NCBI GenBank assembly: GCA_030595905.1
Contig: JAUVLE010000002.1
Coordinates: 1-49,439 of the forward strand
Origin: Candidatus Cloacimonadota bacterium
GTDB lineage: Bacteria > Cloacimonadota > Cloacimonadia > Cloacimonadales > TCS61
Direction: 5' to 3'
Length of the DNA stretch: 49,439 nucleotides
Position numbers and translations under genes: made by a program. The notes below the pieces were generated by a model. That model was not told where the DNA came from, did no database searches, and worked only from the letters and a program-made list of their open reading frames with translations. Below are positions 34,594 to 43,743 of this stretch, one piece after another. The first letter of the stretch is position 1. Every line of letters starts with the position of its first letter.

Positions 34594-35007
34594 TTGGGTT
34601 TAAAAGAAAAATGCTTTAAAAAATCATTATGGCTGTTTCACTTCAGTGCTGGTTCTTGTAATAATTGCGATATCGAAATACTGGATTGTCTTACTCCAAA
34701 ATTCGATGTGGAAAGATTCGGTATGAAACTGGTGGGCAGTGTTCGTCATGCCGATGTGATATTGGTAACGGGTATTGTAACCAGAAAAACGAGGGAAAGG
34801 CTGAAGGAAATCTACAAGCAGGCTCCCAAACCGGTCGTGATCGTTGCTATTGGCGCTTGTGCCTGTACCGGCGGGATATTCGCATCAGGTTATAATTTTG
34901 ATGGTCCGGTAGATAAAGTAGTTCCCGTCAATGCCTACATCCCCGGCTGTCCGCCAAAACCGGAAGCAATGCTGGCAGGCATCATGAAACTGTTAAATAA
35001 AATATAA
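34594..35007 (+). CDS. mbhJ: Group-4 [NiFe]-hydrogenase small subunit (NuoB/MbhJ family)
   Basis: CNNCDIE, GACACTGG, IPGCPPKPE cluster ligands. TTG 34594, 6 nt after AGGAG, is preferred; the ORF track offers TTG 34573. Confidence 0.8.
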   Translation: MGLKEKCFKKSLWLFHFSAGSCNNCDIEILDCLTPKFDVERFGMKLVGSVRHADVILVTGIVTRKTRERLKEIYKQAPKPVVIVAIGACACTGGIFASGYNFDGPVDKVVPVNAYIPGCPPKPEAMLAGIMKLLNKI

Positions 35008-35020
35008 GGAACCGAATTCT

Positions 35021-35464
35021 ATGGATATTGATAAATTTATTGATGAGATCAAAAAGAAATTCCCGAACGAAATAAAACAAACTGAAGTTGTTCATACAAA
35101 ACGGCTAATGATCTATATTTCCAAAGAAGCTCTGCTTAAAGTTACGGAATATATTTTTAAAGACCTGGGACTGCGGTATATCATTGTAACTGCAATGGAT
35201 TCCAAAAAAGGGTATGAGATCATTTATCATTTTTCCGATGATAGCACAGGCTGGATAATAAATCTGAACGTTGTTCTGCCCAGAGAGAAACCGGAGATAG
35301 AATCGTTAACGCCGGTCGTGTATGGCACCGAGTGGATAGAAAGAGAGATATTCGATCTTCTGGGTATTACATTTTTGAATCATCCGAATCCAAAAAGATT
35401 CTTATTTGCAGAAGACTGGCCGGAAGGAAAATATCCGTTCCGAAGAGAACAGGAGAAAAAATAA
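35021..35464 (+). CDS. mbhK: NuoC/MbhK-family subunit
   Basis: WIEREIFDLLGITFLNHPNPKR signature. Confidence 0.75.
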   Translation: MDIDKFIDEIKKKFPNEIKQTEVVHTKRLMIYISKEALLKVTEYIFKDLGLRYIIVTAMDSKKGYEIIYHFSDDSTGWIINLNVVLPREKPEIESLTPVVYGTEWIEREIFDLLGITFLNHPNPKRFLFAEDWPEGKYPFRREQEKK

Positions 35465-36667
35465 ATGGGTAAAAGAACTTTAGTTCCAATCGGACCATAC
35501 CATCCTTTGCTGGAAGAACCCGAATTCTTCAAGCTTTATTGTGATGGAGAGATAGTTAAGGAAGTGGTGTGGGAAACCGGTTATAATCATCGAAGTATAG
35601 AAAAGATATGTGAATCAAAAACATTCGAGCAGGTTTTCTACGTGGTGGAAAGAATTTGCGGAATATGCTCTACATCTCATCCGTTCGCTTATGCAAATGC
35701 AGTGGAGAGCATTCCCGGCGTGGATGTTCCTATCCGTGCAAAATATATCAGAACGATCATCGGAGAATTGGAGAGGATACACAGTCATCTTCTTTGGGTT
35801 GGTCTTGCCGGTCATTTCCTGGGATATAACACTGTTTTCATGTGGGCGTGGAAATACCGCGAACCGGTTCTGGATATGTTCGAGATAATCACAGGAAATA
35901 GAAACAGTTATGCAATGTTCACTATCGGCGGTGTGCGAAGAGACATCAAGGAAGAACAGTATCCGCAATTAGAGAAACTGCTGGATGAGTTCAAACCAAA
36001 ACTTGATCTTATTACCGGTGCCGTGATGGATGATCCTGTTCTGCATGCACGCTTGAAAGGTGTGGGAGTTCTTACTGCAGAAGATATCCACGATTTCGGG
36101 GCAGTTGGTCCCGTTGCCAGAGCTTCGGGAGTTGATATCGATGTGCGTCGGGATGATCCTTATGCAGCTTATGATATGGTAGATTGGAAAGTGATAACTG
36201 CCCAGGCTGGAGATGTTTTTGCCAAAGCAGAAGTTCGCCTTCTGGAATTGTATGAGTCGATCTCAATAATCCGGCAGTGTATAGAAGGATTGAAAAAAGA
36301 AAAAGGCGGCGAGATAAAAGCAAAAGTAAAAGAAATTCCTCCGGGGATCGGTATTGGACGTGCCGAAGCTCCGCGTGGTGAAGTTTTCCATTTCGTTAAA
36401 TCGGATGGCTCGAACAGTCCGGTACGTCATAAAGTACGCGCTCCCAGCTTTACCTGTATTCCCACCTTCAGAAGATCGTGTGTGGGTGGGACAATTGCCG
36501 ATGCAGCCATTTCGCTTGCTGCCGTCGATCCCTGCTATTGCTGTACGGAAAGAATGGCTCAAGTATATAATTATAGCACAGGCAAACGTATTATGAACGC
36601 TGCTGAATTAATAAAACTATCTCAGAAAAGAACTGAGGAATTTAAAACCAAATTTTTAAAAGGTTAG
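35465..36667 (+). CDS. mbhL: Group-4 [NiFe]-hydrogenase large subunit (NuoD/MbhL family)
   Basis: Both Ni-Fe ligand pairs are present: ERICGICSTSH near the N-terminus and DPCYCCTER near the C-terminus, followed by a cleavable-looking extension. Confidence 0.85.
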   Translation: MGKRTLVPIGPYHPLLEEPEFFKLYCDGEIVKEVVWETGYNHRSIEKICESKTFEQVFYVVERICGICSTSHPFAYANAVESIPGVDVPIRAKYIRTIIGELERIHSHLLWVGLAGHFLGYNTVFMWAWKYREPVLDMFEIITGNRNSYAMFTIGGVRRDIKEEQYPQLEKLLDEFKPKLDLITGAVMDDPVLHARLKGVGVLTAEDIHDFGAVGPVARASGVDIDVRRDDPYAAYDMVDWKVITAQAGDVFAKAEVRLLELYESISIIRQCIEGLKKEKGGEIKAKVKEIPPGIGIGRAEAPRGEVFHFVKSDGSNSPVRHKVRAPSFTCIPTFRRSCVGGTIADAAISLAAVDPCYCCTERMAQVYNYSTGKRIMNAAELIKLSQKRTEEFKTKFLKG

Positions 36668-36670
36668 ATT

Positions 36671-38497
36671 ATGATTGATTTACGATTTCTGATATTTTTA
36701 CCAATAGCTGTTGGTATTTTCCTTTATGTACTTCCGGAAAGTATTAAAATTGTAAAAGGAATTATTGCTCTGCTCGTTTCAGCAATCTCTTTTTTCTTTG
36801 CCTATAAAGTGTTCCTATTAGAACCACAGATCATTAACATCCACTGTTTTCTTTTTGAAAAAATAGACAAATTTTTTGTATTTAATGTGGATAATTTGAG
36901 TAAAGTAGTCACTCTGTTCATCGGTTTCTTCGGATTTATGTTTGTGCTTTATTCACTTTCTTATATCACAAAAAAGAAAAAAATAATTAGTTATTATTCT
37001 TATTACCTGATGACTATCGGATCTTCATTTGGTGCCGTACTAACAGATAACTTCATCACGTTCATCTTTTTCTGGGGACTGCTTGGACTTACATTATACA
37101 AGCTTATTAAAGGCTATGATGATGAGAGTTCATCTGCTGCCAAGAAAAGCCTGATACTTATCGGAGCTTCGGACTCGATAATTATTCTGGGCATTGCCTT
37201 ACTCTGGAAGATCGGCGGAACATACAGGATGTCCGGGATCAACACTGCAACGACTGGAGCACTGGCAATTGTAGCTTTTATATCTCTTGTTATTGGGAGT
37301 CTTACAAAAGCCGGTGCTTTCCCTGTTCATAGCTGGATCCCGGATTATGTAAAAAAAGCACCGGCATCTTCTTCTGCATTCTTGCCGGCTTCTCTCGATA
37401 AATTATTGGGAATATACTTTTTAGCCCGAATATGTATGAACTTATTCGAACTGACCCAGTGGGCAACAATGCTCCTTCTTATCATTGGCAGCATAACTAT
37501 TATCGCTGCTGTGATGATGGCTCTGGTCCAGCATAATTATAAAAAACTTCTCGGTTACCACGCAGTATCTCAAGTGGGATACATGGTTATAGGTGTAGGA
37601 TTAGGAACACCGCTTGGTATTGCCGGTGGTCTTTTTCATATGATAAACCATGCTTTATATAAGAGTGGACTTTTTTTAACTGCCGGAAGTGTGGAAAAAC
37701 GAACCGGCGAAGAAGATATCGAGAACCTGGGTGGTCTGTCAAAATATATGCCGCTGACTTTTATTACTGCTCTTATTTGTGCTTTATCGATTTCGGGAAT
37801 TCCGCCATTAAACGGCTTTGCTTCCAAATGGATGATCTACCAGGGAATAATCGATTTCGGAAATGGCAGCGGATTGGCAAGTAGACTCTGGGTCGTCTGG
37901 CTGGTTCTGGCAGTATTCGGTTCTGCATTGACGCTGGCAAGTTTCATAAAATTCATATCGGGGATCTATCTGGGAAGACGAAAAAAAGAATTTGAAAAAG
38001 TAAAAGAAGTCAGCATCCTGATGTGGCTGCCGCAGATAATAATTGCTGCTGTTTGCGTGATCTTCGGCGTCTTTGCTGCAAAACTCATAGTTCCGGCTTT
38101 CATAACTCCTGTTTCCGGTGCGTTCAAAGAAATAGGTATGTGGGATTCTCAGATGGTTTCATTCCTGATACTGGTTTCGATAATAGTTGGATTTATCATT
38201 TATCTTATCGGTAATATCAAGAAATTACGAACAGAAGACAGTTTCATCGGTGGTGAGAAAATACAGGAAGAGACGAATTATTCCCCTCTGGAATTCTATA
38301 AGACCGTCAGCAAATTTCCTCTGCTTGCGTTCTTCTATAAAAAAGCAGAGAAGAAATGGTTTGATCTATATGATATCTTTACAAAGATAATCTTATGGTT
38401 CAATAATTTATTCAGCAAAGCACATTCGGGAATTCTGTCCACCTACCTGATCTGGGTAGTAGCCGGATTGATAATATTACTGATCATTTTAATATAA
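36671..38497 (+). CDS. MrpA/NuoL/MbhH-type antiporter-like subunit
   Basis: 608 aa, polytopic. HAVSQVGYM, FHMINHALYKSGLFL, GIPPLNGFASKW. Confidence 0.8.
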   Translation: MIDLRFLIFLPIAVGIFLYVLPESIKIVKGIIALLVSAISFFFAYKVFLLEPQIINIHCFLFEKIDKFFVFNVDNLSKVVTLFIGFFGFMFVLYSLSYITKKKKIISYYSYYLMTIGSSFGAVLTDNFITFIFFWGLLGLTLYKLIKGYDDESSSAAKKSLILIGASDSIIILGIALLWKIGGTYRMSGINTATTGALAIVAFISLVIGSLTKAGAFPVHSWIPDYVKKAPASSSAFLPASLDKLLGIYFLARICMNLFELTQWATMLLLIIGSITIIAAVMMALVQHNYKKLLGYHAVSQVGYMVIGVGLGTPLGIAGGLFHMINHALYKSGLFLTAGSVEKRTGEEDIENLGGLSKYMPLTFITALICALSISGIPPLNGFASKWMIYQGIIDFGNGSGLASRLWVVWLVLAVFGSALTLASFIKFISGIYLGRRKKEFEKVKEVSILMWLPQIIIAAVCVIFGVFAAKLIVPAFITPVSGAFKEIGMWDSQMVSFLILVSIIVGFIIYLIGNIKKLRTEDSFIGGEKIQEETNYSPLEFYKTVSKFPLLAFFYKKAEKKWFDLYDIFTKIILWFNNLFSKAHSGILSTYLIWVVAGLIILLIILI

Positions 38498-38507
38498 AGG
38501 TAAAATT

Positions 38508-39041
38508 ATGGAAATATATTTAATTCTAATGTTGGTACTGATGATTTTGGGATCGATATATTCACTTCACGCAAAGGATCTTCTTTCGGCGGTCATTTCC
38601 TATGGAATAGTTGGATTCGCTCTGGTTATTGCATTTCTTCTCTTGCAGGCTCCCGACCTTGCGATTGTGCAGGTGGTGGTGGAGATAATAACGCTGATAA
38701 TCATGATAGCTGTGATAAAAGATTCTACAAGTGAAGAATTGAAGTCGAAATTCAATCCGAAATTTTACATCTATTTTGCAGTGGTAGCGATATTTGCCAT
38801 ACTCTTCTTTTACATATTCGACAGAGTAACAGGTACTCTCAGCCAGTTTGGAGAGCATTTCACCAGGATGGCTACAGCTTATATCGAAGGATCGCAGGAA
38901 ACGGGAAGTGCCAACCTGGTTACCGGTGTGATCTTCGATTTCAGAGCCTATGATACACTCGGTGAGGCAACCGTGCTTTTCACTGCTGTTATTGGAGTTC
39001 TAACGATCCTCAGGATAAAAGGTAAGAAAAAGGAAAAATAG
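38508..39041 (+). CDS. MbhD/MbhE-like (DUF4040 + MnhB-domain) membrane subunit
   Basis: N-terminal MbhD-like helices. NLVTGVIFDFRAYDTLGE MnhB motif. Confidence 0.65.
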   Translation: MEIYLILMLVLMILGSIYSLHAKDLLSAVISYGIVGFALVIAFLLLQAPDLAIVQVVVEIITLIIMIAVIKDSTSEELKSKFNPKFYIYFAVVAIFAILFFYIFDRVTGTLSQFGEHFTRMATAYIEGSQETGSANLVTGVIFDFRAYDTLGEATVLFTAVIGVLTILRIKGKKKEK

Positions 39042-39045
39042 TCTT

Positions 39046-39486
39046 ATGAAAGGAATGACGATAATTGTAAAAAAAATAACTCAGATAATGGCTCCCATCA
39101 TTTTCCTGTTCGGGATATATATAATTGTTCACGGGCATCTGACTCCGGGCGGCGGATTTGCCGGCGGTGTAATAATGGCAGGAGCATTTATTCTGTTGAT
39201 ATTATCTGATGGAAGCATTCTTTCCAGTTTAAGGAAAGAAGAAAGCGGATTAGAATTTTTGGAAAGTGCTGCCATTATGGGCTTTCTGATAATTGCAGGA
39301 ATTGGACTGCTTATCTCCGGTACTTCTGTGTTCTTTATTAATTTTTTGGAAAAAGGAACTGTGGGAAAACTGATCAGTGCCGGTGTTATCCCGATCGAAA
39401 ATATCGTCGTTGGTGCGGAAGTCTGTGCTGCTGTTTCTACAATTTTCATTGCTTTAGTTGTTTTCAAAGATGAGGTATCAAAATGA
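39046..39486 (+). CDS. MrpB/MnhB/MbhF-like membrane subunit
   Basis: HGHLTPGGGFAGGV motif. Confidence 0.65.
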   Translation: MKGMTIIVKKITQIMAPIIFLFGIYIIVHGHLTPGGGFAGGVIMAGAFILLILSDGSILSSLRKEESGLEFLESAAIMGFLIIAGIGLLISGTSVFFINFLEKGTVGKLISAGVIPIENIVVGAEVCAAVSTIFIALVVFKDEVSK

Positions 39487-39827
39487 TAGTTTATATTCTG
39501 TGTTTCATTCTTTTTATAGTCGGGCTGTACGGTGTGGTGACCAAACGAAACCTGATAAAGATCATAATCGGACTTGCCATAATGGAGTATAGCGTGAATC
39601 TTTTTCTTATCCTGATCGGTTATGTAAATAACGGAACTGCTCCGATATTGCCGGTTCCGGATGCACTAAAGAATAAACCGTTCGTCGATCCGCTTCCGCA
39701 GGCAATGATCCTGACGGCGATCGTGATCGGCTTGGCTACTACTGCACTACTTCTGTCGATTGCCATCAGATTATATAGAAAATATGGAACTTTTGATATC
39801 AGAAAGATAAATAGTTTAAAAGGATAG
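39483..39827 (+). CDS. MrpC/NuoK/MbhG-like membrane subunit
   Basis: 114 aa, three helices. NLIKIIIGLAIMEYSVNLF, DPLPQAMILTAIVIG. Confidence 0.7.
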   Translation: MIVYILCFILFIVGLYGVVTKRNLIKIIIGLAIMEYSVNLFLILIGYVNNGTAPILPVPDALKNKPFVDPLPQAMILTAIVIGLATTALLLSIAIRLYRKYGTFDIRKINSLKG

Positions 39828-39830
39828 ATA

Positions 39831-41357
39831 ATGAATTCATTAATTCCTTTGTTCGTGATTGTCCCTCTCGGTTCTGCTTTTTTAATGGCGATACTGGGAA
39901 GATTTATTAAAGGATTTGGAAAATTCCTGACTTCATTCGGGTTGTTGTTTTTAACTGGTTTGTCACTGTATTTTATCTTCAATTCCCAAGGAACATTAGT
40001 TTATAAAGTCGGTGGTTTTGAAGCTAGTGCAGGCATACCCGTAGCAATTTATATGGTTATCGACGGACTGAGTAAACTTCTTCTTTTAATCATTGCTCTT
40101 ATCGGATTTCTCTCCGCTTTTTACTCGATATCCTATACAAAACAATATACTGCCGAAAGGAAATTTTATATCCTGTTCTGCCTGATGATTGCCGGAATGA
40201 ATGGTATCGTGATCAGTGGTGATATTTTCAATATGTATGTTTTTCTCGAAATTGCTGCGATCGCATCTTATGCATTAGTTGCCTTCGGAGTGGAAAAAGA
40301 GCAATTGGAAGCTTCCTTCAAATACCAGGTTCTCGGCGGAGTGGCTTCTCTTTTGATCTTGATGAGTATCGGCTTTATTTATTGGCAGACTGGCACACTA
40401 AATATTGCGGATATATCTACACAACTTCCTACCTCAGGAGCGTTTATAAAGTTCGTTTCAATTCTGTTTATTGTGGGATTTGGTCTAAAGGCTGCGATCT
40501 TCCCGTTCCATTCCTGGCTCCCGGATGCACACTCTTCTGCTCCTTCACCAATATCGGCGATGCTTTCCGGTGTGCTTATCAAAGCGATCGGTATCTACGT
40601 GATCTTCAGGCTGTTCTTTAATATGTTTCCGATCTCCTATGAAATTGCGATGACTATTACTATTCTGGGAACTCTCTCGATGCTGATCGGCGTACTTCTC
40701 GCTATCGGTCAATGGGATGTTAAAAGGCTGCTTGCCTACCACAGCATAAGTCAGATGGGTTATGTAATACTTGGGGTAGGAATAGGTATGGTTGTATTAT
40801 CGAAAGGCGGAGATAAGACCATTGCAGCTTTTTCAATACTCGGCGGATTATATCATCTTATAAACCACTCTGCATTTAAAGCCTTGCTTTTCCTTAATGC
40901 CGGGGCTGTTGAATATAGAACCGGAACCAGGAATTTGAAAAGGCTTGGTGGTATCTCACAGAAAATGCCAGTTACATCTGCTACATCTTTCGGAGCAGCT
41001 ATGGCGATTTCCGGCATACCGCCGTTCAATGGTTTCTTTAGTAAACTGATCATTATCATCGCAGCAGTACAAGCCAAGTTCTATTTACTTGCTTTCTTTG
41101 CTGTATTTGTCAGTATAGTCACTTTGGCATCATTTTTAAAAGTGCAGAAATACACTTTCTCCGGCAAACTGAAACCCGCCTGGGAGAAGATAAAAGAAGT
41201 TCCTTTTTCGATGGCTTTTTCCATGATAATTTTGGCGGGACTCTGTCTCGTATTGAGCCTGCTGGTTATCCCGGGTATCAGGGATATTGTGCTGAAACCG
41301 GCAGTTGATGTGCTGTTGAATACAATTCAATATACAACAACAGTTTTAGGAAAATGA
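39831..41357 (+). CDS. MrpD/NuoN/MbhH-type antiporter-like subunit
   Basis: HSWLPDAHSSAPSPISA, HSISQMGY, YHLINHSAFKALLFL, GIPPFNGFFSK. Confidence 0.8.
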   Translation: MNSLIPLFVIVPLGSAFLMAILGRFIKGFGKFLTSFGLLFLTGLSLYFIFNSQGTLVYKVGGFEASAGIPVAIYMVIDGLSKLLLLIIALIGFLSAFYSISYTKQYTAERKFYILFCLMIAGMNGIVISGDIFNMYVFLEIAAIASYALVAFGVEKEQLEASFKYQVLGGVASLLILMSIGFIYWQTGTLNIADISTQLPTSGAFIKFVSILFIVGFGLKAAIFPFHSWLPDAHSSAPSPISAMLSGVLIKAIGIYVIFRLFFNMFPISYEIAMTITILGTLSMLIGVLLAIGQWDVKRLLAYHSISQMGYVILGVGIGMVVLSKGGDKTIAAFSILGGLYHLINHSAFKALLFLNAGAVEYRTGTRNLKRLGGISQKMPVTSATSFGAAMAISGIPPFNGFFSKLIIIIAAVQAKFYLLAFFAVFVSIVTLASFLKVQKYTFSGKLKPAWEKIKEVPFSMAFSMIILAGLCLVLSLLVIPGIRDIVLKPAVDVLLNTIQYTTTVLGK

Positions 41358-41845
41358 TTATGAAATATCTAACTTTATTTATATGCATGTTTTTGTTATG
41401 GTTATTATTAACTTTCAATCTGGAAACACCCAATATAATCGTTGGCTTGATCGCCTCATTGATAACCACGCTTGTCTTTGGAAAACATTTCCTGAAGGGT
41501 TGGAAAAAATTCTTCCAGCCTCGGCGATATTTCTGGATAATAATATACCTGTTCATCTTTACCTGGGAATGCATCAAAGCGAACTTTGATGTAGCATATC
41601 GTGTTCTCAGTCCCAGGATGCCTATCAAACCGGGGATAGTAAAAGTGAAGTCATCCCTGAAAACCGAAATCGGTAAAACTTTTCTGGCGAACTCGATAAC
41701 GATGACACCCGGAACAATAACTGTCGATGTGATCGAAGATGATTTCTATATTCACTGGATATATGTAAGCAGCAAAAACCCGCAAGTGTATACGAAAAAA
41801 ATTTTGGGAAGATTTGAAAAACATATAAAGAGGATCTTTGAATGA
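41354..41845 (+). CDS. MrpE/MnhE/MbhA-like subunit
   Basis: ANFDVAYRVLSPRMPIKPG...NSITMTPGT motif. Confidence 0.65.
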   Translation: MIMKYLTLFICMFLLWLLLTFNLETPNIIVGLIASLITTLVFGKHFLKGWKKFFQPRRYFWIIIYLFIFTWECIKANFDVAYRVLSPRMPIKPGIVKVKSSLKTEIGKTFLANSITMTPGTITVDVIEDDFYIHWIYVSSKNPQVYTKKILGRFEKHIKRIFE

Positions 41846-42102
41846 TGATAGACATATTTTTATATTTATTATTAGGAATGAGTTTCCTGTGCTTCATCCG
41901 GGTTGTATTTGGACCCACGATGGCAGACAGGATGGTGGCGATCGATATATTTGGAATTCTGGTAGTCGGGGTATGTGCGATCCTGGCAGTTAAAACAGGC
42001 AGGATGTTCCTGATAGATATCGGCATTGCCTGGATACTTCTCAGTTTTATCGGCACGATAACTCTGGCAAAATATTTAACGGGGAAAAAGTTAGATGAAT
42101 AA
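41842..42102 (+). CDS. MrpF/MnhF/MbhB-like subunit
   Basis: 86 aa. GPTMADRMVAIDIFG motif. Confidence 0.65.
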   Translation: MMIDIFLYLLLGMSFLCFIRVVFGPTMADRMVAIDIFGILVVGVCAILAVKTGRMFLIDIGIAWILLSFIGTITLAKYLTGKKLDE

Positions 42103-42418
42103 TATAAGCTTAATTTTTTTCGGGATCGGAATTTTATTCGATCTGTTCGGATGTATTGGATTGATCAGGCTTCCGGATGTTTATAATAGATTGCAGTCGG
42201 CAACAAAATCCGTTACTCTGGGAACCTGCAGTATAATGTTCGGTGTCTTCCTGAACTATGGTTTCAGCGGAATTGGACTGAAGGCATTGCTCTCTATTCC
42301 ACTTATATTCTTTGCTTCGACGGTTGCAGCTCATGCTCTGATCAGAGGTTCTTATAAATACGGTATAAAATTGTGGGATAAAACAGTTGTCGATGATTAC
42401 AAGGATGTACAAAAATGA
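42095..42418 (+). CDS. MrpG/MnhG/MbhC-like subunit
   Basis: GCIGLIRLPDVYNRLQSATKSVTLG motif. Confidence 0.7.
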   Translation: MNNISLIFFGIGILFDLFGCIGLIRLPDVYNRLQSATKSVTLGTCSIMFGVFLNYGFSGIGLKALLSIPLIFFASTVAAHALIRGSYKYGIKLWDKTVVDDYKDVQK

Positions 42419-43026
42419 GGTATCCGAAACTACGAGAATTGAAAGAAGCTATTATTTCCTTGTTTACAATTCCATATACAACGAAATTCCCAAAAGGTGA
42501 TTTTAAACCTGTTGCAGGATACCGTGGAAAACCGGTGGTGGACGAAGATAATTGTGTGGGCTGCGAAACCTGTGCAAATGTTTGTCCATCCGGTGCGATC
42601 ACCTTTACAGATGATGTGGAAAAGAAGATCAGGATTATAGAAAGAAACTACGGTCAGTGTATTTTCTGTGGCAAATGCGAAGAACACTGCATCACCCAAA
42701 AAGGTGTTAAACTGTCTGATGAATTATACGAGCTTACAGTTTTCGATAGATCACAGTTGATAGAAACCCAGGAAAGGGAACTACTGCTCTGTGCAAATTG
42801 CGGAGCTGTAATTACCACAAAAGACCACATGAAATTTATTCATGCCAAACTGGGACCAAAAGCTTATTCTTCCATTTTGAATCTGAATATCCTTAACGAG
42901 AGACTTCGGCTTGCTTCGAGGGAAGAAACTTCCGTGAAAGTGATCGATGACCTGAAAAGAAAAGATATGTTCAATATTTTGTGTCCGAATTGTAATCGCA
43001 AAATTCAGGTAAAGAACCTGTTATAA
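42415..43026 (+). CDS. mbhN: NuoI/MbhN-like 2x[4Fe-4S] subunit with a C-terminal Cys-pair extension
   Basis: CVGCETCANVCP and CIFCGKCEEHC, plus extra CANCG...CPNCN. Confidence 0.7.
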   Translation: MRYPKLRELKEAIISLFTIPYTTKFPKGDFKPVAGYRGKPVVDEDNCVGCETCANVCPSGAITFTDDVEKKIRIIERNYGQCIFCGKCEEHCITQKGVKLSDELYELTVFDRSQLIETQERELLLCANCGAVITTKDHMKFIHAKLGPKAYSSILNLNILNERLRLASREETSVKVIDDLKRKDMFNILCPNCNRKIQVKNLL

Positions 43027-43039
43027 AAAAAATTTCAAT

Positions 43040-43076
43040 GGTTCATCCGGCAAATGCTCGATGAACCGTTTTTTTA
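43040..43076 (+). terminator. Terminator-like hairpin between mbhN and the protease gene
   Basis: GGTTCATC-12 nt-GATGAACC followed by GTTTTTTT. Confidence 0.45.
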
Positions 43077-43081
43077 ATAAA

Positions 43082-43525
43082 ATGAAATTAAAAAAATTAC
43101 TTTCTAAAACAGATAAAAAAATTCTCTTTGTCGGAATCGGCAATGCCATCAAAAGCGATGACGGTATCGGGATTTATATTTGTAAGAATATCAAAACAAA
43201 AAATAATATCCGGACTCTTATCGTAGAAAGCGGTATTGAAAAATATGTAGGTAAAATAAATTCCATGGATCCGGGTATCCTGATCTTAGTCGATTGCACG
43301 GATTTTAATAAGCAACCCGGTTTTTATGATCTTATTTCCGTTAATGATATCCGGGATCATACTTTCAACACCCACACGATTTCCGTAAAAAGGATTTCCG
43401 AATTCTTTAAAATGGAAAAATATCTCCTGGGAATTCAACCGGAGAATGTTAAGTTCGGAGAGCAAATATCAGAAAAAGTTAAACAGAGCGCAGACCAATT
43501 AATTCAATATATAAATAGAAGTTAG
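43082..43525 (+). CDS. hycI: [NiFe]-hydrogenase maturation endopeptidase (HycI/HyaD family)
   Basis: ILFVGIGNAIKSDDGIG, ILVDC, HT.S motifs. The ATG at 43061 lies inside the upstream hairpin, so ATG 43082 is preferred. Confidence 0.7.
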   Translation: MKLKKLLSKTDKKILFVGIGNAIKSDDGIGIYICKNIKTKNNIRTLIVESGIEKYVGKINSMDPGILILVDCTDFNKQPGFYDLISVNDIRDHTFNTHTISVKRISEFFKMEKYLLGIQPENVKFGEQISEKVKQSADQLIQYINRS

Positions 43526-43743
43526 AAACATATATCCCCGAATTTTCCCGGCAGATCTATTCTCAACAAATCCTGCTATAAATATATCTAAATATAATAT
43601 ATGACTCTCAAAATCAATTAAGTATTCTATAAAATAAAATTTATTTATTGACTGATTTAAATTTGCAAACGTTTTTGTAAAACGAATTTAGTTATTCCGA
43701 GAAGATCAAGATTTACTGAAACTAATATGAAGGAGAACCTTTT

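Noticed and set aside
35465-36667. Large subunit considered as an Mbs/Mbx-type sulfane reductase or Nuo-like non-hydrogenase
   Set aside because: All four Ni-Fe ligand cysteines (CGIC...H and DPCYCC) are intact, and a HycI-type maturation protease is encoded in the operon.
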